The notes under the pieces were generated by a model. It saw only the letters and a list, made by a program, of their open reading frames with translations. It ran no database searches and had not been told where the DNA came from. 64,000 bases of DNA from Candidatus Dormiibacterota bacterium (GTDB lineage: Bacteria; Chloroflexota; Dormibacteria; Aeolococcales; Aeolococcaceae), in the NCBI GenBank assembly GCA_041691155.1, contig JBEPVD010000002.1:2109-66108 (forward strand), read 5' to 3'. This document shows, piece after piece, positions 54,540 through 63,416 of this stretch (the stretch's first letter is position 1; each line of letters begins with the position of its first letter). The position numbers and the translations under genes were made by a program.

Positions 54540-55781
54540 TTATTGCGGTGGTGCCGGCGGGGCGGCCGCGAGCACGACGCTGGCCTGGTGCTGTGTACCG
54601 GCTGGGTCGACCCAGACAACGACCGCGGACTGACCGGACTTGTCGGAACCGAGGATCGTCGACATCGATGCCGTCGAGGTGACCGGCTGGCCGCCCAGTG
54701 AGGTGATCACATCGCCGGAAGCCAGGGCGGTGGTTGAGGCAGGGCTCCCGGGCGCGACGCCGGTGGCGCATTCGCCCGGACCGGTGATCACCTGCACTCC
54801 CGGCGGCGACGTGCTGTTCTGGACGCACACGCCAAGCAGCGCTCCTGCGACATTCGACTGATTCGGGTGCGCAAGAATCTCGTGGGCATAGTTGAGCGCG
54901 GCGTTGATGGGAATGGCGAACGCCTGGATGGCCCCCGCCTGTGAGTGTCGCCCGCCGCTCGCCGCCGTGTCCATGCCGACGACCCGACCGCTGCTGTCCA
55001 CGAGCGGGCCACCGGAATCACCCGGAAGGATCGGGGCGTCGGTCTGGATCATCCCGCTCAGCGACTCCGATTGATTCCCGGTCTCGTCGGATGCGGTGAT
55101 CGACTGACCCAGGGCCGTAACCTGCCCGGCGGCCGTGGCGGGAGCACCGCCCCGCCCTCCCGCGTTCCCAAAGGCGGTGACAGCGTCGCCGATCTGCACC
55201 GTCGATGAGTCGCCGATCGGCGCGGTGGCGAGCCCGGACACATTGGTCATCTGCACGACGGCGATGTCGTGTTGCACGTCGTAGCCGATGACCTGAGCGC
55301 TGTAGGTCGCTCCCGTGGAGGTCACCCTGACGCTGATGCTCCGTGCGCCATCGATCACGTGGTTGTTGGTGAGCACTTCGCCCGTCGAGGTCAGCACGAT
55401 GCCAGTCCCCGCAGCGGCAGCCCCGCCGGTCAGCGACGTGTCGATGTCGACGATGGCCGCCCGGACCCCGCTCGTGTTCCCAGTGCCACTCAAGCCGCGA
55501 GTGGCGATGACCGCGGTCGCAGCCGCGCTCGCCCCGAAGATGACGAGGATCATGGCGACCACGACCATGCGCAGACGTGACGTCCGTCGTGGGGGCGGCG
55601 GCGGCTCGTAGCTGTAGAACTGCTGGGGCCACCAGCCAGGTGCAGGCGGCGGAGGCGGCCACGCAATGTAACCCCACCCGTCGTTCGAGCTTCTGCCCCC
55701 AGGCCACGCCGGCGGACCGGCGGGGACCTCCTCCTCGCTCATCGTGACCTTATTGTCGCCACTTCCCACTGTCGACTGCAT
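54540..55781 (-). CDS. membrane-anchored S1C (HtrA/PepD-like) serine protease with C-terminal PDZ
   Basis: Pro/Trp-rich N-terminus and a TM segment. Triad contexts LTNNHVIDG, DIAVVQM and GDSGGPLV. PDZ-like tail. ATG 55781 preceded by GGGAGG (alternative ATG 55742). Confidence 0.85.
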   Translation of the reverse strand: MQSTVGSGDNKVTMSEEEVPAGPPAWPGGRSSNDGWGYIAWPPPPPAPGWWPQQFYSYEPPPPPRRTSRLRMVVVAMILVIFGASAAATAVIATRGLSGTGNTSGVRAAIVDIDTSLTGGAAAAGTGIVLTSTGEVLTNNHVIDGARSISVRVTSTGATYSAQVIGYDVQHDIAVVQMTNVSGLATAPIGDSSTVQIGDAVTAFGNAGGRGGAPATAAGQVTALGQSITASDETGNQSESLSGMIQTDAPILPGDSGGPLVDSSGRVVGMDTAASGGRHSQAGAIQAFAIPINAALNYAHEILAHPNQSNVAGALLGVCVQNSTSPPGVQVITGPGECATGVAPGSPASTTALASGDVITSLGGQPVTSTASMSTILGSDKSGQSAVVVWVDPAGTQHQASVVLAAAPPAPPQ

Positions 55782-55884
55782 GACACCCCCCTCCCGCGGT
55801 CCGCGCGTGCGTTGCGCGCGGGCGCGGAGGGTGGGTCGCCATGCCGTGGTCAGGCGTCGAACCAGGCGTCCTGGTCCGACCGGG

Positions 55885-56199
55885 CTACATGACGTCGAAA
55901 GTCTCAGCCACCTCGACGCTTCCGCCGCTCTGGAGCACCGGGCATCCCTTCGCGAGTCCGGCCGCTGCGTCCAGGCTGTCAGCCTCGATCACGCTGTAGC
56001 CGGTGGCGGGGTTTGCGCCACCACCGTCTGAAACTGTGTCGCCGCTGATGGTCTTCGCCTGCCCACACGGCTTGCCACCGTCGGCGAGCGCCGGGCCGAG
56101 CTTCTCGAACCACGCGCCCCAGGCCGCCATCGAAGCCGCTTGTGCCTCTTCGCCTTCGGCCATGCCTCCGCCGTGGTAGACGAGCAGATATTTCGCCAT
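55885..56199 (-). CDS. YCII-related (YciI/DGPF) protein
   Basis: MAKYLLVYHGG...GYSVIEADSLDAAAGLAKGCPVL. Confidence 0.8.
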   Translation of the reverse strand: MAKYLLVYHGGGMAEGEEAQAASMAAWGAWFEKLGPALADGGKPCGQAKTISGDTVSDGGGANPATGYSVIEADSLDAAAGLAKGCPVLQSGGSVEVAETFDVM

Positions 56200-56218
56200 G
56201 TCGTGCCTCCTTGATCCG

Positions 56219-57460
56219 TCAGTGGTTGTTCGCGCCGGTGGCGCGGATGCCTGTGGGTTCGAGACGCGTCTCCAGGAGCGCGCGCTCCGATGGGTTGTCG
56301 GTCAGCTCGATGGCTCGTCGATCCGCCTCCGCAGCCTCGTCGAGCCTGCCGAAGGTTCGGAGCAACTCCGCGCGCGTCGCCCAGTAGAGGTAGTAGCCGT
56401 CGAGGTCGTCGCGCAACGCGTCGAGCTCCTCCATCGCCGGCACCGGACCCGCCACGTGCTCGAGCGCGATGGCGCGGTTGAGGCGCACCACGGGACCGGG
56501 ATTGAGCCGCGCCAGCGCCCCGTAGAGCGCGAGGATCTGCGGCCAGTCCGTCTCCTCGAAGGTCGGTGCCTCGGCGTGGCACGCGGCAATGGCGGCCTGG
56601 AGCCAGTAGGCCCCCGGGCGACCCAGGCGGCGCGCCTGCTCCAGGAGCGTTCCAGCCTCAACAATGGCCGTGTGGTCCCAGCGCGACCGATCCTGGTCGC
56701 GCAGCAGGACCAGTGCGCCCGTGGCGTCGAAGCGCGTTGCGCGGCGGGACTCGTGCAGGCGCATGAGCGCGAGCAACGCGATGATCTCCGGCTCCTCAGG
56801 GAGCATCCGTGCCACGAGCCCGCAGAGCCAGAGCGCATCGGAGCACAGGTCGCGACTGGTCGACTGATCGGGTCCGCTGCCGAGGTAGCCCTCGTTGAAG
56901 ACGATGTACAGCGACGCGAGTACCTCGGCAAGACGATCGGGAAGTTCGCTTGCGTCCGGCACTCGATAGGGGATGTGCGCGCCGACGATCTTGCGCTTGG
57001 CTCGAACGATTCGCTGCGCCATGGTCGCCTCGGAGACGAGGAACGCATGCGCAATCTGACCGGTGGTCATCCCCATGACCGCGCGAAGGGTCAGCGCGAC
57101 CTGCGCGTCGCGGGCGAGTGCCGGGTGACAGCACGTGAAGATGAGTCGCAGCCGATCGTCGGGTTCGGAGCGCACGTCAGGCGCCCAGCCGTCGGTCAGC
57201 AACTGCAGTTTCGCGCGGTACGTCGAGTCGCGGCGGAGCCGATCGATTGCCCGGCGCCGCGCGGTCTGCAGGAGCCACGCACCCGGGCGGTCCGGCACCC
57301 CGTCGATCGGCCACCGCTGCAAAGCGACCACCACAGCGTCCTGGACGAGATCCTCGGCCAGGTCGAAGTCGCCGGTCATGCGCACCAGGGAGCCGCAGAT
57401 GAGGCCGACCTCGTCCCGAAAAACGGCGGTCATCGCCGCCACGGTCGGATTGCTGATCAC
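56219..57460 (-). CDS. ECF-type RNA polymerase sigma factor with long C-terminal helical (DUF6596-like) extension
   Basis: Region 2 DLVQDAVVVALQRWP...PGAWLLQTARRRAIDRLRR, region 4 GMTTGQIAHAFLVSEATMAQRIVRAKRKI, and a TPR-like tail. Confidence 0.85.
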   Translation of the reverse strand: MISNPTVAAMTAVFRDEVGLICGSLVRMTGDFDLAEDLVQDAVVVALQRWPIDGVPDRPGAWLLQTARRRAIDRLRRDSTYRAKLQLLTDGWAPDVRSEPDDRLRLIFTCCHPALARDAQVALTLRAVMGMTTGQIAHAFLVSEATMAQRIVRAKRKIVGAHIPYRVPDASELPDRLAEVLASLYIVFNEGYLGSGPDQSTSRDLCSDALWLCGLVARMLPEEPEIIALLALMRLHESRRATRFDATGALVLLRDQDRSRWDHTAIVEAGTLLEQARRLGRPGAYWLQAAIAACHAEAPTFEETDWPQILALYGALARLNPGPVVRLNRAIALEHVAGPVPAMEELDALRDDLDGYYLYWATRAELLRTFGRLDEAAEADRRAIELTDNPSERALLETRLEPTGIRATGANNH

Positions 57461-57481
57461 GGCGCCACAAACCTCGCGTGC

Positions 57482-57844
57482 TCAGGCAGGGTGGTGCGGC
57501 ATGTCGTCGTGGATGATCACGGGCCGGATCTCGACGGCCTGATTCTTCGGTGGCCATTTCTTTGCGGCCGCAATCGCTTCGTCGAGGTCCGCCGCTTCGA
57601 AGATCGCGAAGCCCGCGACGGTCTCCTTGCTCTCTACGAATGGCCCGTCGGTGACCAGCGGGCGACCCTCGCTCCAGCGGATCGTGGTGGCCGTGCCCGA
57701 ACGCTGCAACTCCTCGCCGCCGAGGATCTTCCCCTCGGGGCCGTACTCGCCGAACCACTCGTTGATGGCGGCGTGATTGGCGTCCCGGGTCGCGTCGTCC
57801 TCTTCGATCCCCTCGTCGCGGATGAACAGCAACATGTATTTCAC
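57482..57844 (-). CDS. YCII-related (DGPF) protein
   Basis: MKYMLLFIRDE...VTDGPFVESKETVAGFAIFEAADLDEAIAAAKKWP. Confidence 0.8.
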   Translation of the reverse strand: MKYMLLFIRDEGIEEDDATRDANHAAINEWFGEYGPEGKILGGEELQRSGTATTIRWSEGRPLVTDGPFVESKETVAGFAIFEAADLDEAIAAAKKWPPKNQAVEIRPVIIHDDMPHHPA

Positions 57845-57952
57845 GGATGGAGCTCCTTGGCTGCCGGATGAGTCGTCCCAATCATGACGACGAACGGGTA
57901 GGCGTCAGATCGACAGGTATACGCATCCCCACTCGACCGGGAACAGGGCGCC

Positions 57953-58840
57953 GTGTCAGGCTTTCGGCCCGTGGCTGAGTGGAACATCGTGGGCAGCGCG
58001 CGGCTGAGCAGTGAACAACGACTCAGCATCGAGCGCCTCGGTCGCGTCTGCGAGGCTTCCGCGCCGCTCGATCTGAAACTCGAACTGGATGAGGCCGACC
58101 ACCTGGATCGGCCGATCCACTTCCTGGCGGTCGCGGCTGGCGAGCTGGCCGGCTATGGGGCGATCACCGCCGGCGGCGAGGCCGAGGTGTGCGGCATGGT
58201 CCACCCGGCGTGGCGGCGCAGTGGCGTAGGGCGCGAGCTGCTGCTGGCGGTCCTCGGCGCCGCGAGAGACCTGCAGCGAAACAGCATCCTCGTCATCTGC
58301 GAAGACGCGGCGCCGTGGGCGATCGACTGGATGCGTCGCGCCGGCGCGACCCTCGAATCTGCTGAGCGACGGATGGTCGCGCAACTCTCGCCGGCCGGGA
58401 TCGGCGCGGGTGGAGATGACGCCGCGATCGCGCTGAGAACGCCAACCGAAGCCGATCGAGCGGCCCTCATGACGCTGCTGCGCGAGGGGTCATCGCTCGA
58501 CCAGCCGACCGAGCCGGACGACGATCCCCTCGAGGAGCACCCCGGCGAGGTGCGCCTGGTCGGAACCGAGGGCGGCATCGTGATCGGCACGCTCCGCGTC
58601 ACCGAGAGTGCACGTCGTTCGATGATCTATGGCCTCGTCATCGACAAGGACCGGCGCGGGCAACGGTTGGGTACCCGCGTCCTCGAGGTCCTGCTCAACC
58701 GGCTCCGCACGCAGGGCATCGCGGAAGTCGGACTCGAGGTGGATCCGGACAACACGCCCGCCGTTCGGCTGTATGAGCGCTTCGGGTTCCAGACGGTCAC
58801 CACGTACCGCTATCTGCGCCTGACCTCGACGCCGGCCTGA
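57953..58840 (+). CDS. two-domain GNAT N-acetyltransferase (MshD-like architecture, identity not established)
   Basis: Two acetyl-CoA motifs (VHPAWRRSGVGRELL and VIDKDRRGQRLGTRVL). C-terminal LEVDPDNTPAVRLYERFGF. GTG start. Confidence 0.75.
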   Translation: MSGFRPVAEWNIVGSARLSSEQRLSIERLGRVCEASAPLDLKLELDEADHLDRPIHFLAVAAGELAGYGAITAGGEAEVCGMVHPAWRRSGVGRELLLAVLGAARDLQRNSILVICEDAAPWAIDWMRRAGATLESAERRMVAQLSPAGIGAGGDDAAIALRTPTEADRAALMTLLREGSSLDQPTEPDDDPLEEHPGEVRLVGTEGGIVIGTLRVTESARRSMIYGLVIDKDRRGQRLGTRVLEVLLNRLRTQGIAEVGLEVDPDNTPAVRLYERFGFQTVTTYRYLRLTSTPA

Positions 58841-58892
58841 CACACGCAGGCAGGCCACCAGCACGCCCGGGTCCGCGTCCATCGCGTGCCGG

Positions 58893-59444
58893 TCAGTCGC
58901 CTCGCTTCTGAAAGCGCATGAGGCGTGCAAACGTCGGGCCTGGCGGCGCGCCGGCTTTGCTTGCCTCAGCGGGTGGGAAGCGTCTGCGCGCGAGCTCGAC
59001 ACGCATGCTCTCCTCACCTTTGCGCATGGCCCAACGGTGATTCGCGCTGAAGGCCGGACGCATCAACCATGTGAGTCGACGGAGCAGCGGCTTCTCTGCC
59101 CGGATGCGCCAATCGTAAAAGGCGTTGACATGGTCGCCATCACGCACAAACGTCCAAACTCCTCCTCCGACGAAATCCCCATCCGCACGGAGCGATATCC
59201 CGCCCGCACCGTCATTGCGGATGGTCGTGAATCGCCAGCGCAAGGTGTACGGGAGCCAGCCTTTCGTCCAGAGGTCGACGACTCGGCCGGCGCCACTCGG
59301 TTCCCCGTCATCAATGACGCGAACGTCGAGATATACCGACGGCCACCAGCGCGGAAGATCGAGCGCATCCCGCAGCACCTCCGCCACCTCGTCCGGCGTG
59401 GCCAGCAGCCGCCAGCGGGTGATGAAGTGATACTCGTTGCTCAC
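58893..59444 (-). CDS. SRPBCC-superfamily (polyketide cyclase/START-like) protein
   Basis: MSNEYHFITRWRLLATPDEVAEVLRDALDLPRWWPSVY.... Confidence 0.75.
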   Translation of the reverse strand: MSNEYHFITRWRLLATPDEVAEVLRDALDLPRWWPSVYLDVRVIDDGEPSGAGRVVDLWTKGWLPYTLRWRFTTIRNDGAGGISLRADGDFVGGGVWTFVRDGDHVNAFYDWRIRAEKPLLRRLTWLMRPAFSANHRWAMRKGEESMRVELARRRFPPAEASKAGAPPGPTFARLMRFQKRGD

Positions 59445-59446
59445 GA

Positions 59447-59887
59447 TTACGCCGCCGGTGGTTGCGGCGGAGGCGCCGTCGGTGGCGGGTTCCCGGCCCT
59501 GAGATACCGATCCCAGAGTCCGTTGAGGTGGTCCTGGTAATACAGCGGGTACAACCCGAACACGAAGGCAAGGGCCAGGCCGATGGCCGGCTCTGCGCGG
59601 TTCGGACTGCCGGAGGCCGCCTCCATCCTCGCGATTCGCTTACCGAGGCGATAGATCGCGACGTACGGCGGCACGATCAGCAAGAAGCCTGGGAAAAAGG
59701 CCAGCACTGAAAGCCCAGGTCGAATCGACTCGTCACCGAGAAAGCGCCGCGCCTCGTCGTTAACCTTGTACAGCCACACCAGCGAGTAGATGCCGAGGGT
59801 GATCAGCGGCAGTCCGATCCAGACGGCGAGGATGTTCCGCTTCTTGTACGCCTGGTTGCCCACCTCCACCGTCTGCGCCACCGCCAA
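59447..59887 (-). CDS. DUF4234 membrane protein with Pro-rich tail
   Basis: KKRNILAVWIGLPLITLGIYSLVWLYKVNDE is the typical DUF4234 core. The stop is 3 nt before the SRPBCC start. Confidence 0.7.
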   Translation of the reverse strand: MAVAQTVEVGNQAYKKRNILAVWIGLPLITLGIYSLVWLYKVNDEARRFLGDESIRPGLSVLAFFPGFLLIVPPYVAIYRLGKRIARMEAASGSPNRAEPAIGLALAFVFGLYPLYYQDHLNGLWDRYLRAGNPPPTAPPPQPPAA

Positions 59888-60032
59888 CCTCCCGACGCCT
59901 TCCTGCGTGTGCAGGGCGATGGGAGGAGTCTAGTCCGACGTCACCTGGGTCATGTGAGGCGCTCCAGGGTGAATCGACGCCACCGGGTATCTTTCCTGTG
60001 GTTACACGTCGGTGGATCGGAACGGAGCGAGC

Positions 60033-61088
60033 ATGCCTGCAATCAACCCTGACGCCATCGCCTTGCACCAGCGGTCGATCGTCGCCGACACACACGACGA
60101 TCTCCTGATGCTCTGCAACCGGCGGCGGCCATCAGAACAGGCTGCGTACTTCCGAACCGCGTGGTTGCCGCAGCTCCGCGCCGGCGGCGTGCGGATTCAG
60201 GTCCTGCCCGTGTTCATCGAGAACGACTTCCGTCCAGAGGGCGCGCTCCGCCAGACCTTGCGGATGCTCGAGACTGGTTGGCGCGTCGCCGCCGGGAACG
60301 CTGAGGCGGTGCAGATCTGCTTGACGGGTGCCGACGTCGCGTCGACGCTCGCGGATGGAAAGATCGCTCTGATCCTCGCGCTGGAAGGATGCGAAGCCGT
60401 GGGCACTGATGTGGCCCTCTTCGAGCCGCTGTACCGCCTCGGTGTGCGCATCGCGTCCTTCACCCACTTCGGGCGGACCATGCTCGCTGACGGATCGGCA
60501 GAGGACGAGACCGGCGGGAGGCTGACTCATGCCGGCGTCGAAGCGGTCGCGGAGTGCGAGAGCCTCGGGATCACGCTGGACGTTTCGCATCTTGGGGCTG
60601 CCTCAACGGACCACCTGCTCGAGCTGGCTACTCGCCCGGTCATAGCGTCGCACTCCTCGGCGTATGCAGTTCGTCCACATCATCGCAACCTGACGGACGA
60701 ACGTCTCTCTGGCATCGCCGCCACCGGCGGTGTCGTGGGCATCAACGTGCTCGGGACGTTCATCGACCGCGACCGGTACACGGTCCCGCGTGTGATCGAC
60801 CACATCGAGCATGTCGCCTCGCTGGTCGGCGTCGACCACGTCGGACTCGGCCCTGATTTCTTCAAGGAGGTCTGCGACGAGATCTACGGTCCCGGGGACC
60901 GGATGACCTATGACGGTGGCGACGCCGTCACCTATGTCCCGGGCCTCGAAGGTCCGGCGGGACTACCGCTGATCACCGAGGAACTGCTGCACCGGGGATG
61001 GCCGGAGGACGATATCCGTCAGGTCCTCGGCGGCGGGTTCCAGACCGTGTTCTCCCGCGAACTCGGCCTGCCTGCTTCGGAGCGCTAG
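60033..61088 (+). CDS. M19-family dipeptidase (renal dipeptidase-like)
   Basis: IVADTHDDLLML, LALEG, DVSHL and HSSA motifs of the amidohydrolase-fold dipeptidases. ATG 60033. Confidence 0.85.
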   Translation: MPAINPDAIALHQRSIVADTHDDLLMLCNRRRPSEQAAYFRTAWLPQLRAGGVRIQVLPVFIENDFRPEGALRQTLRMLETGWRVAAGNAEAVQICLTGADVASTLADGKIALILALEGCEAVGTDVALFEPLYRLGVRIASFTHFGRTMLADGSAEDETGGRLTHAGVEAVAECESLGITLDVSHLGAASTDHLLELATRPVIASHSSAYAVRPHHRNLTDERLSGIAATGGVVGINVLGTFIDRDRYTVPRVIDHIEHVASLVGVDHVGLGPDFFKEVCDEIYGPGDRMTYDGGDAVTYVPGLEGPAGLPLITEELLHRGWPEDDIRQVLGGGFQTVFSRELGLPASER

Positions 61089-61096
61089 CCAGAGGC

Positions 61097-61120
61097 GCCG
61101 CCCGGGCGAACCCGAGCGGC
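61097..61120. terminator. GC-rich hairpin between convergent genes
   Basis: GCCGCCCGGG-cgaa-CCCGAGCGGC (9 of 10 bp), between stops 61088 (+) and 61137 (-). Confidence 0.4.
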
Positions 61121-61136
61121 ACCTCCGCGCCAGGAA

Positions 61137-61898
61137 TCAGGGTGCCGGAGGGCTCGGTGTCTTCGACCCATAGGCGACCGTGAAGTCATCGCCCGCGTGG
61201 CCGGGCTTCGATGGCGTCGATACGTGCTTGCCACCCTGCACCATCACGCCGCGGTTGGCACTCGTGAAGGCGGCGGCAGCGCCGTTGAAACCGCAGTTGA
61301 GGAAGGTCGTCCGGCCGTAGTGCGCCAAGGTAGCGAGACCACCGCCGACGGTCGGGGCTTCGACGATCCACTCGACGGTGTCGGCCTGCCCCTTGTACTT
61401 CTTGTTGATGTGGAACGTGTTCGAGGACGTGACGTCCTGAAGTTCGATCGTCCAGGTGGTTCCGGATCCCTTCGTGATCTGAGCAAACATGTGATCACCG
61501 GGATGAATCGTCATCGACGGAATCACGGTCTCCGACGCGGGGAGAATCTCCCACCACGCCCGGTAGAGGCTGTGCCCGCCGACCCAGTCTTCCTCGGTTC
61601 CCGTCTGGATCAGGTTGCTGTTGGTGAAGCCGTCGATGCCGATCCATACCGACGAGTAGGTATTGCCGGGGGTCGACGTGACGGTCGGCACGGTCCAGCT
61701 TCCTTGGATGCTGGTCGCGGAACCGGCGGCGCCGGTCGTCCCCGCATACCCGGACCAGTTGCCCGACGTCCATCCGGTGGCGGTGTGCGCACTGACCACC
61801 GCGGCGCTGTGGACGACGGCCGGAGCCGCCACATCCATCACCCCACCGGCGACCAGCCCACCGGCCGCGGTCATCGCGGCCAGATAACTACGAAGCAT
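61137..61898 (-). CDS. secreted G1-family (eqolisin / scytalidoglutamic-type) glutamic peptidase
   Basis: NWSGYAG, SSVWIGIDGFTNSNLIQTGTE (catalytic Gln context), YRAWWEILP and VEWIVEAP (catalytic Glu context). Signal-like N-terminus. GC about 55-65% in two 60-nt samples. Confidence 0.8.
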   Translation of the reverse strand: MLRSYLAAMTAAGGLVAGGVMDVAAPAVVHSAAVVSAHTATGWTSGNWSGYAGTTGAAGSATSIQGSWTVPTVTSTPGNTYSSVWIGIDGFTNSNLIQTGTEEDWVGGHSLYRAWWEILPASETVIPSMTIHPGDHMFAQITKGSGTTWTIELQDVTSSNTFHINKKYKGQADTVEWIVEAPTVGGGLATLAHYGRTTFLNCGFNGAAAAFTSANRGVMVQGGKHVSTPSKPGHAGDDFTVAYGSKTPSPPAP

Positions 61899-62053
61899 CC
61901 TGGGTCCTCCCTCGCGTTTCTCTCGAGGGTCGGTTACCCAACCGGACCCTCACTGACGAGCATGGTAGGACTCTCGGTGTCGGTAGGACAAGTTGGGTCG
62001 TTTCGCGGCGTTCGCTGCGCTTGACGCGCGGATCGTGAAGGGCGTCAGCGGGG

Positions 62054-62251
62054 TTAGGCGGTCACCCGACGACCCACCGGGCGGCCGATCGCCTCGACCG
62101 GAGTGAGGCGCCACTGACGGCCGCAGTCCAGGCACTCGAAGTCGGCGATGTACTTGCGGCCGGTCTCGCCCAAGGGCACGACGTCGTGCTTGTGGACCAC
62201 AACCTCGTTCGACCGGCATTCGGGGCAATTGGGAATGCTCTGGTCTGCCAT
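62054..62251 (-). CDS. small zinc-ribbon protein (65 aa)
   Basis: CPEC...CLDC pairs (NCPECRSNEVVVHKH...FECLDCGRQW). GAGG 9 nt upstream of ATG 62251. Confidence 0.55.
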   Translation of the reverse strand: MADQSIPNCPECRSNEVVVHKHDVVPLGETGRKYIADFECLDCGRQWRLTPVEAIGRPVGRRVTA

Positions 62252-62393
62252 GTCACCCACCTCACTCTGCAAAGGACGCAATCGCGCCAAAGTACACAAT
62301 TGCCCTAGGGTCTGTGTTGCAGCCGCGTGACGGGAGGACCTACGCCCTGCGGTCGACCGAGCGGCGCGGACGTTGCCTTATCCTCGTCCGTTC

Positions 62394-63416
62394 ATGCCAG
62401 ACGCCCAGTCAGAGTTCGCCATCGAGGTCGCCGATCTGCACAAGTCCTTCGGGAAGGTGCAGGCACTTCGCGGCGTCAGTTTCGACGTCCGCCGAGGCAG
62501 TGTGCTTGGGATGCTTGGCCCCAACGGTGCCGGCAAGACGACCGCGGTTCGCGTGCTCACCACGTTGCTGCATCCTGACTCCGGCCGCGTCGTCATCGAG
62601 GGGTACGACGTCGTCCGCGAGGCCGGCGCAGTGCGTCGTTGCATTGGGCTGGCCGGTCAGGCCACCGCGATTCAGCCTGAACTGACGGGCCGTGAAAATC
62701 TCGTGATCATGGGCCGCCTGAACCACATGGACCGTGCCAGCGTTCGGAAGCGATCCACCGATCTTCTCGAGCGCTTCGAGATCGCAGACGCCGCCGACCG
62801 CCCCGCCAAGACCTACTCCGGCGGCATGCAGCGCCGCCTCGATCTCGCTGCCAGTCTCATCGCCGAGCCATCCGTGCTGTTCCTCGATGAGCCCACGACG
62901 GGGCTCGACCCACATGGGCGGCTCGGCATGTGGGAAATCATTCGCGAGCTGGTCGGCCGCGGCACCACGCTGCTCTTGACCACGCAGTATCTCGATGAGG
63001 CCGACGAGCTCGCGGACAGCGTCGTCGTCGTCGATCGCGGCGAGATCATCGCTTCCGGTACGCCCGATCAGCTCAAGGATCAAGTTGGCGGTGACCTGGT
63101 TGAGTTCACCGTTCCCGACCGGACACGCCTGGACGATGCAGTCAGCGCTATCGCCGGTCTCTCGGAAACGCCGCCGAATGTGGAACCCGAGACCCGGCGC
63201 GTCCGTGTCGCGGTGGGGAGTCGCGGATCGCAGGCGCTGGTTGAGACAGTGCGCAGGCTGGACGCCGCGCACATCGAAACGACTGATCTCGCTCTCCACC
63301 GACCATCGCTGGACGATGTGTTTCTTGCGGTGACCGGACACGCAGCCGAGTCCTCGTCCAATAGCGCACCGAAGAAACGCGGTTCGCGCAACACGGCTAC
63401 GGGGGGCACACCATGA
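62394..63416 (+). CDS. ABC transporter ATP-binding protein, DrrA/ABC-2 type
   Basis: Walker A GPNGAGKTT, signature YSGGMQRRLDLA and Walker B LFLDEPT. ATG 62394. Confidence 0.9.
   Translation: MPDAQSEFAIEVADLHKSFGKVQALRGVSFDVRRGSVLGMLGPNGAGKTTAVRVLTTLLHPDSGRVVIEGYDVVREAGAVRRCIGLAGQATAIQPELTGRENLVIMGRLNHMDRASVRKRSTDLLERFEIADAADRPAKTYSGGMQRRLDLAASLIAEPSVLFLDEPTTGLDPHGRLGMWEIIRELVGRGTTLLLTTQYLDEADELADSVVVVDRGEIIASGTPDQLKDQVGGDLVEFTVPDRTRLDDAVSAIAGLSETPPNVEPETRRVRVAVGSRGSQALVETVRRLDAAHIETTDLALHRPSLDDVFLAVTGHAAESSSNSAPKKRGSRNTATGGTP

Noticed and set aside
57953-58840. Calling the two-domain GNAT 'mshD' (mycothiol synthase)
   Set aside because: The architecture fits, but I cannot verify orthology without a search, and no other mycothiol genes are adjacent. 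The gene symbol is left empty.
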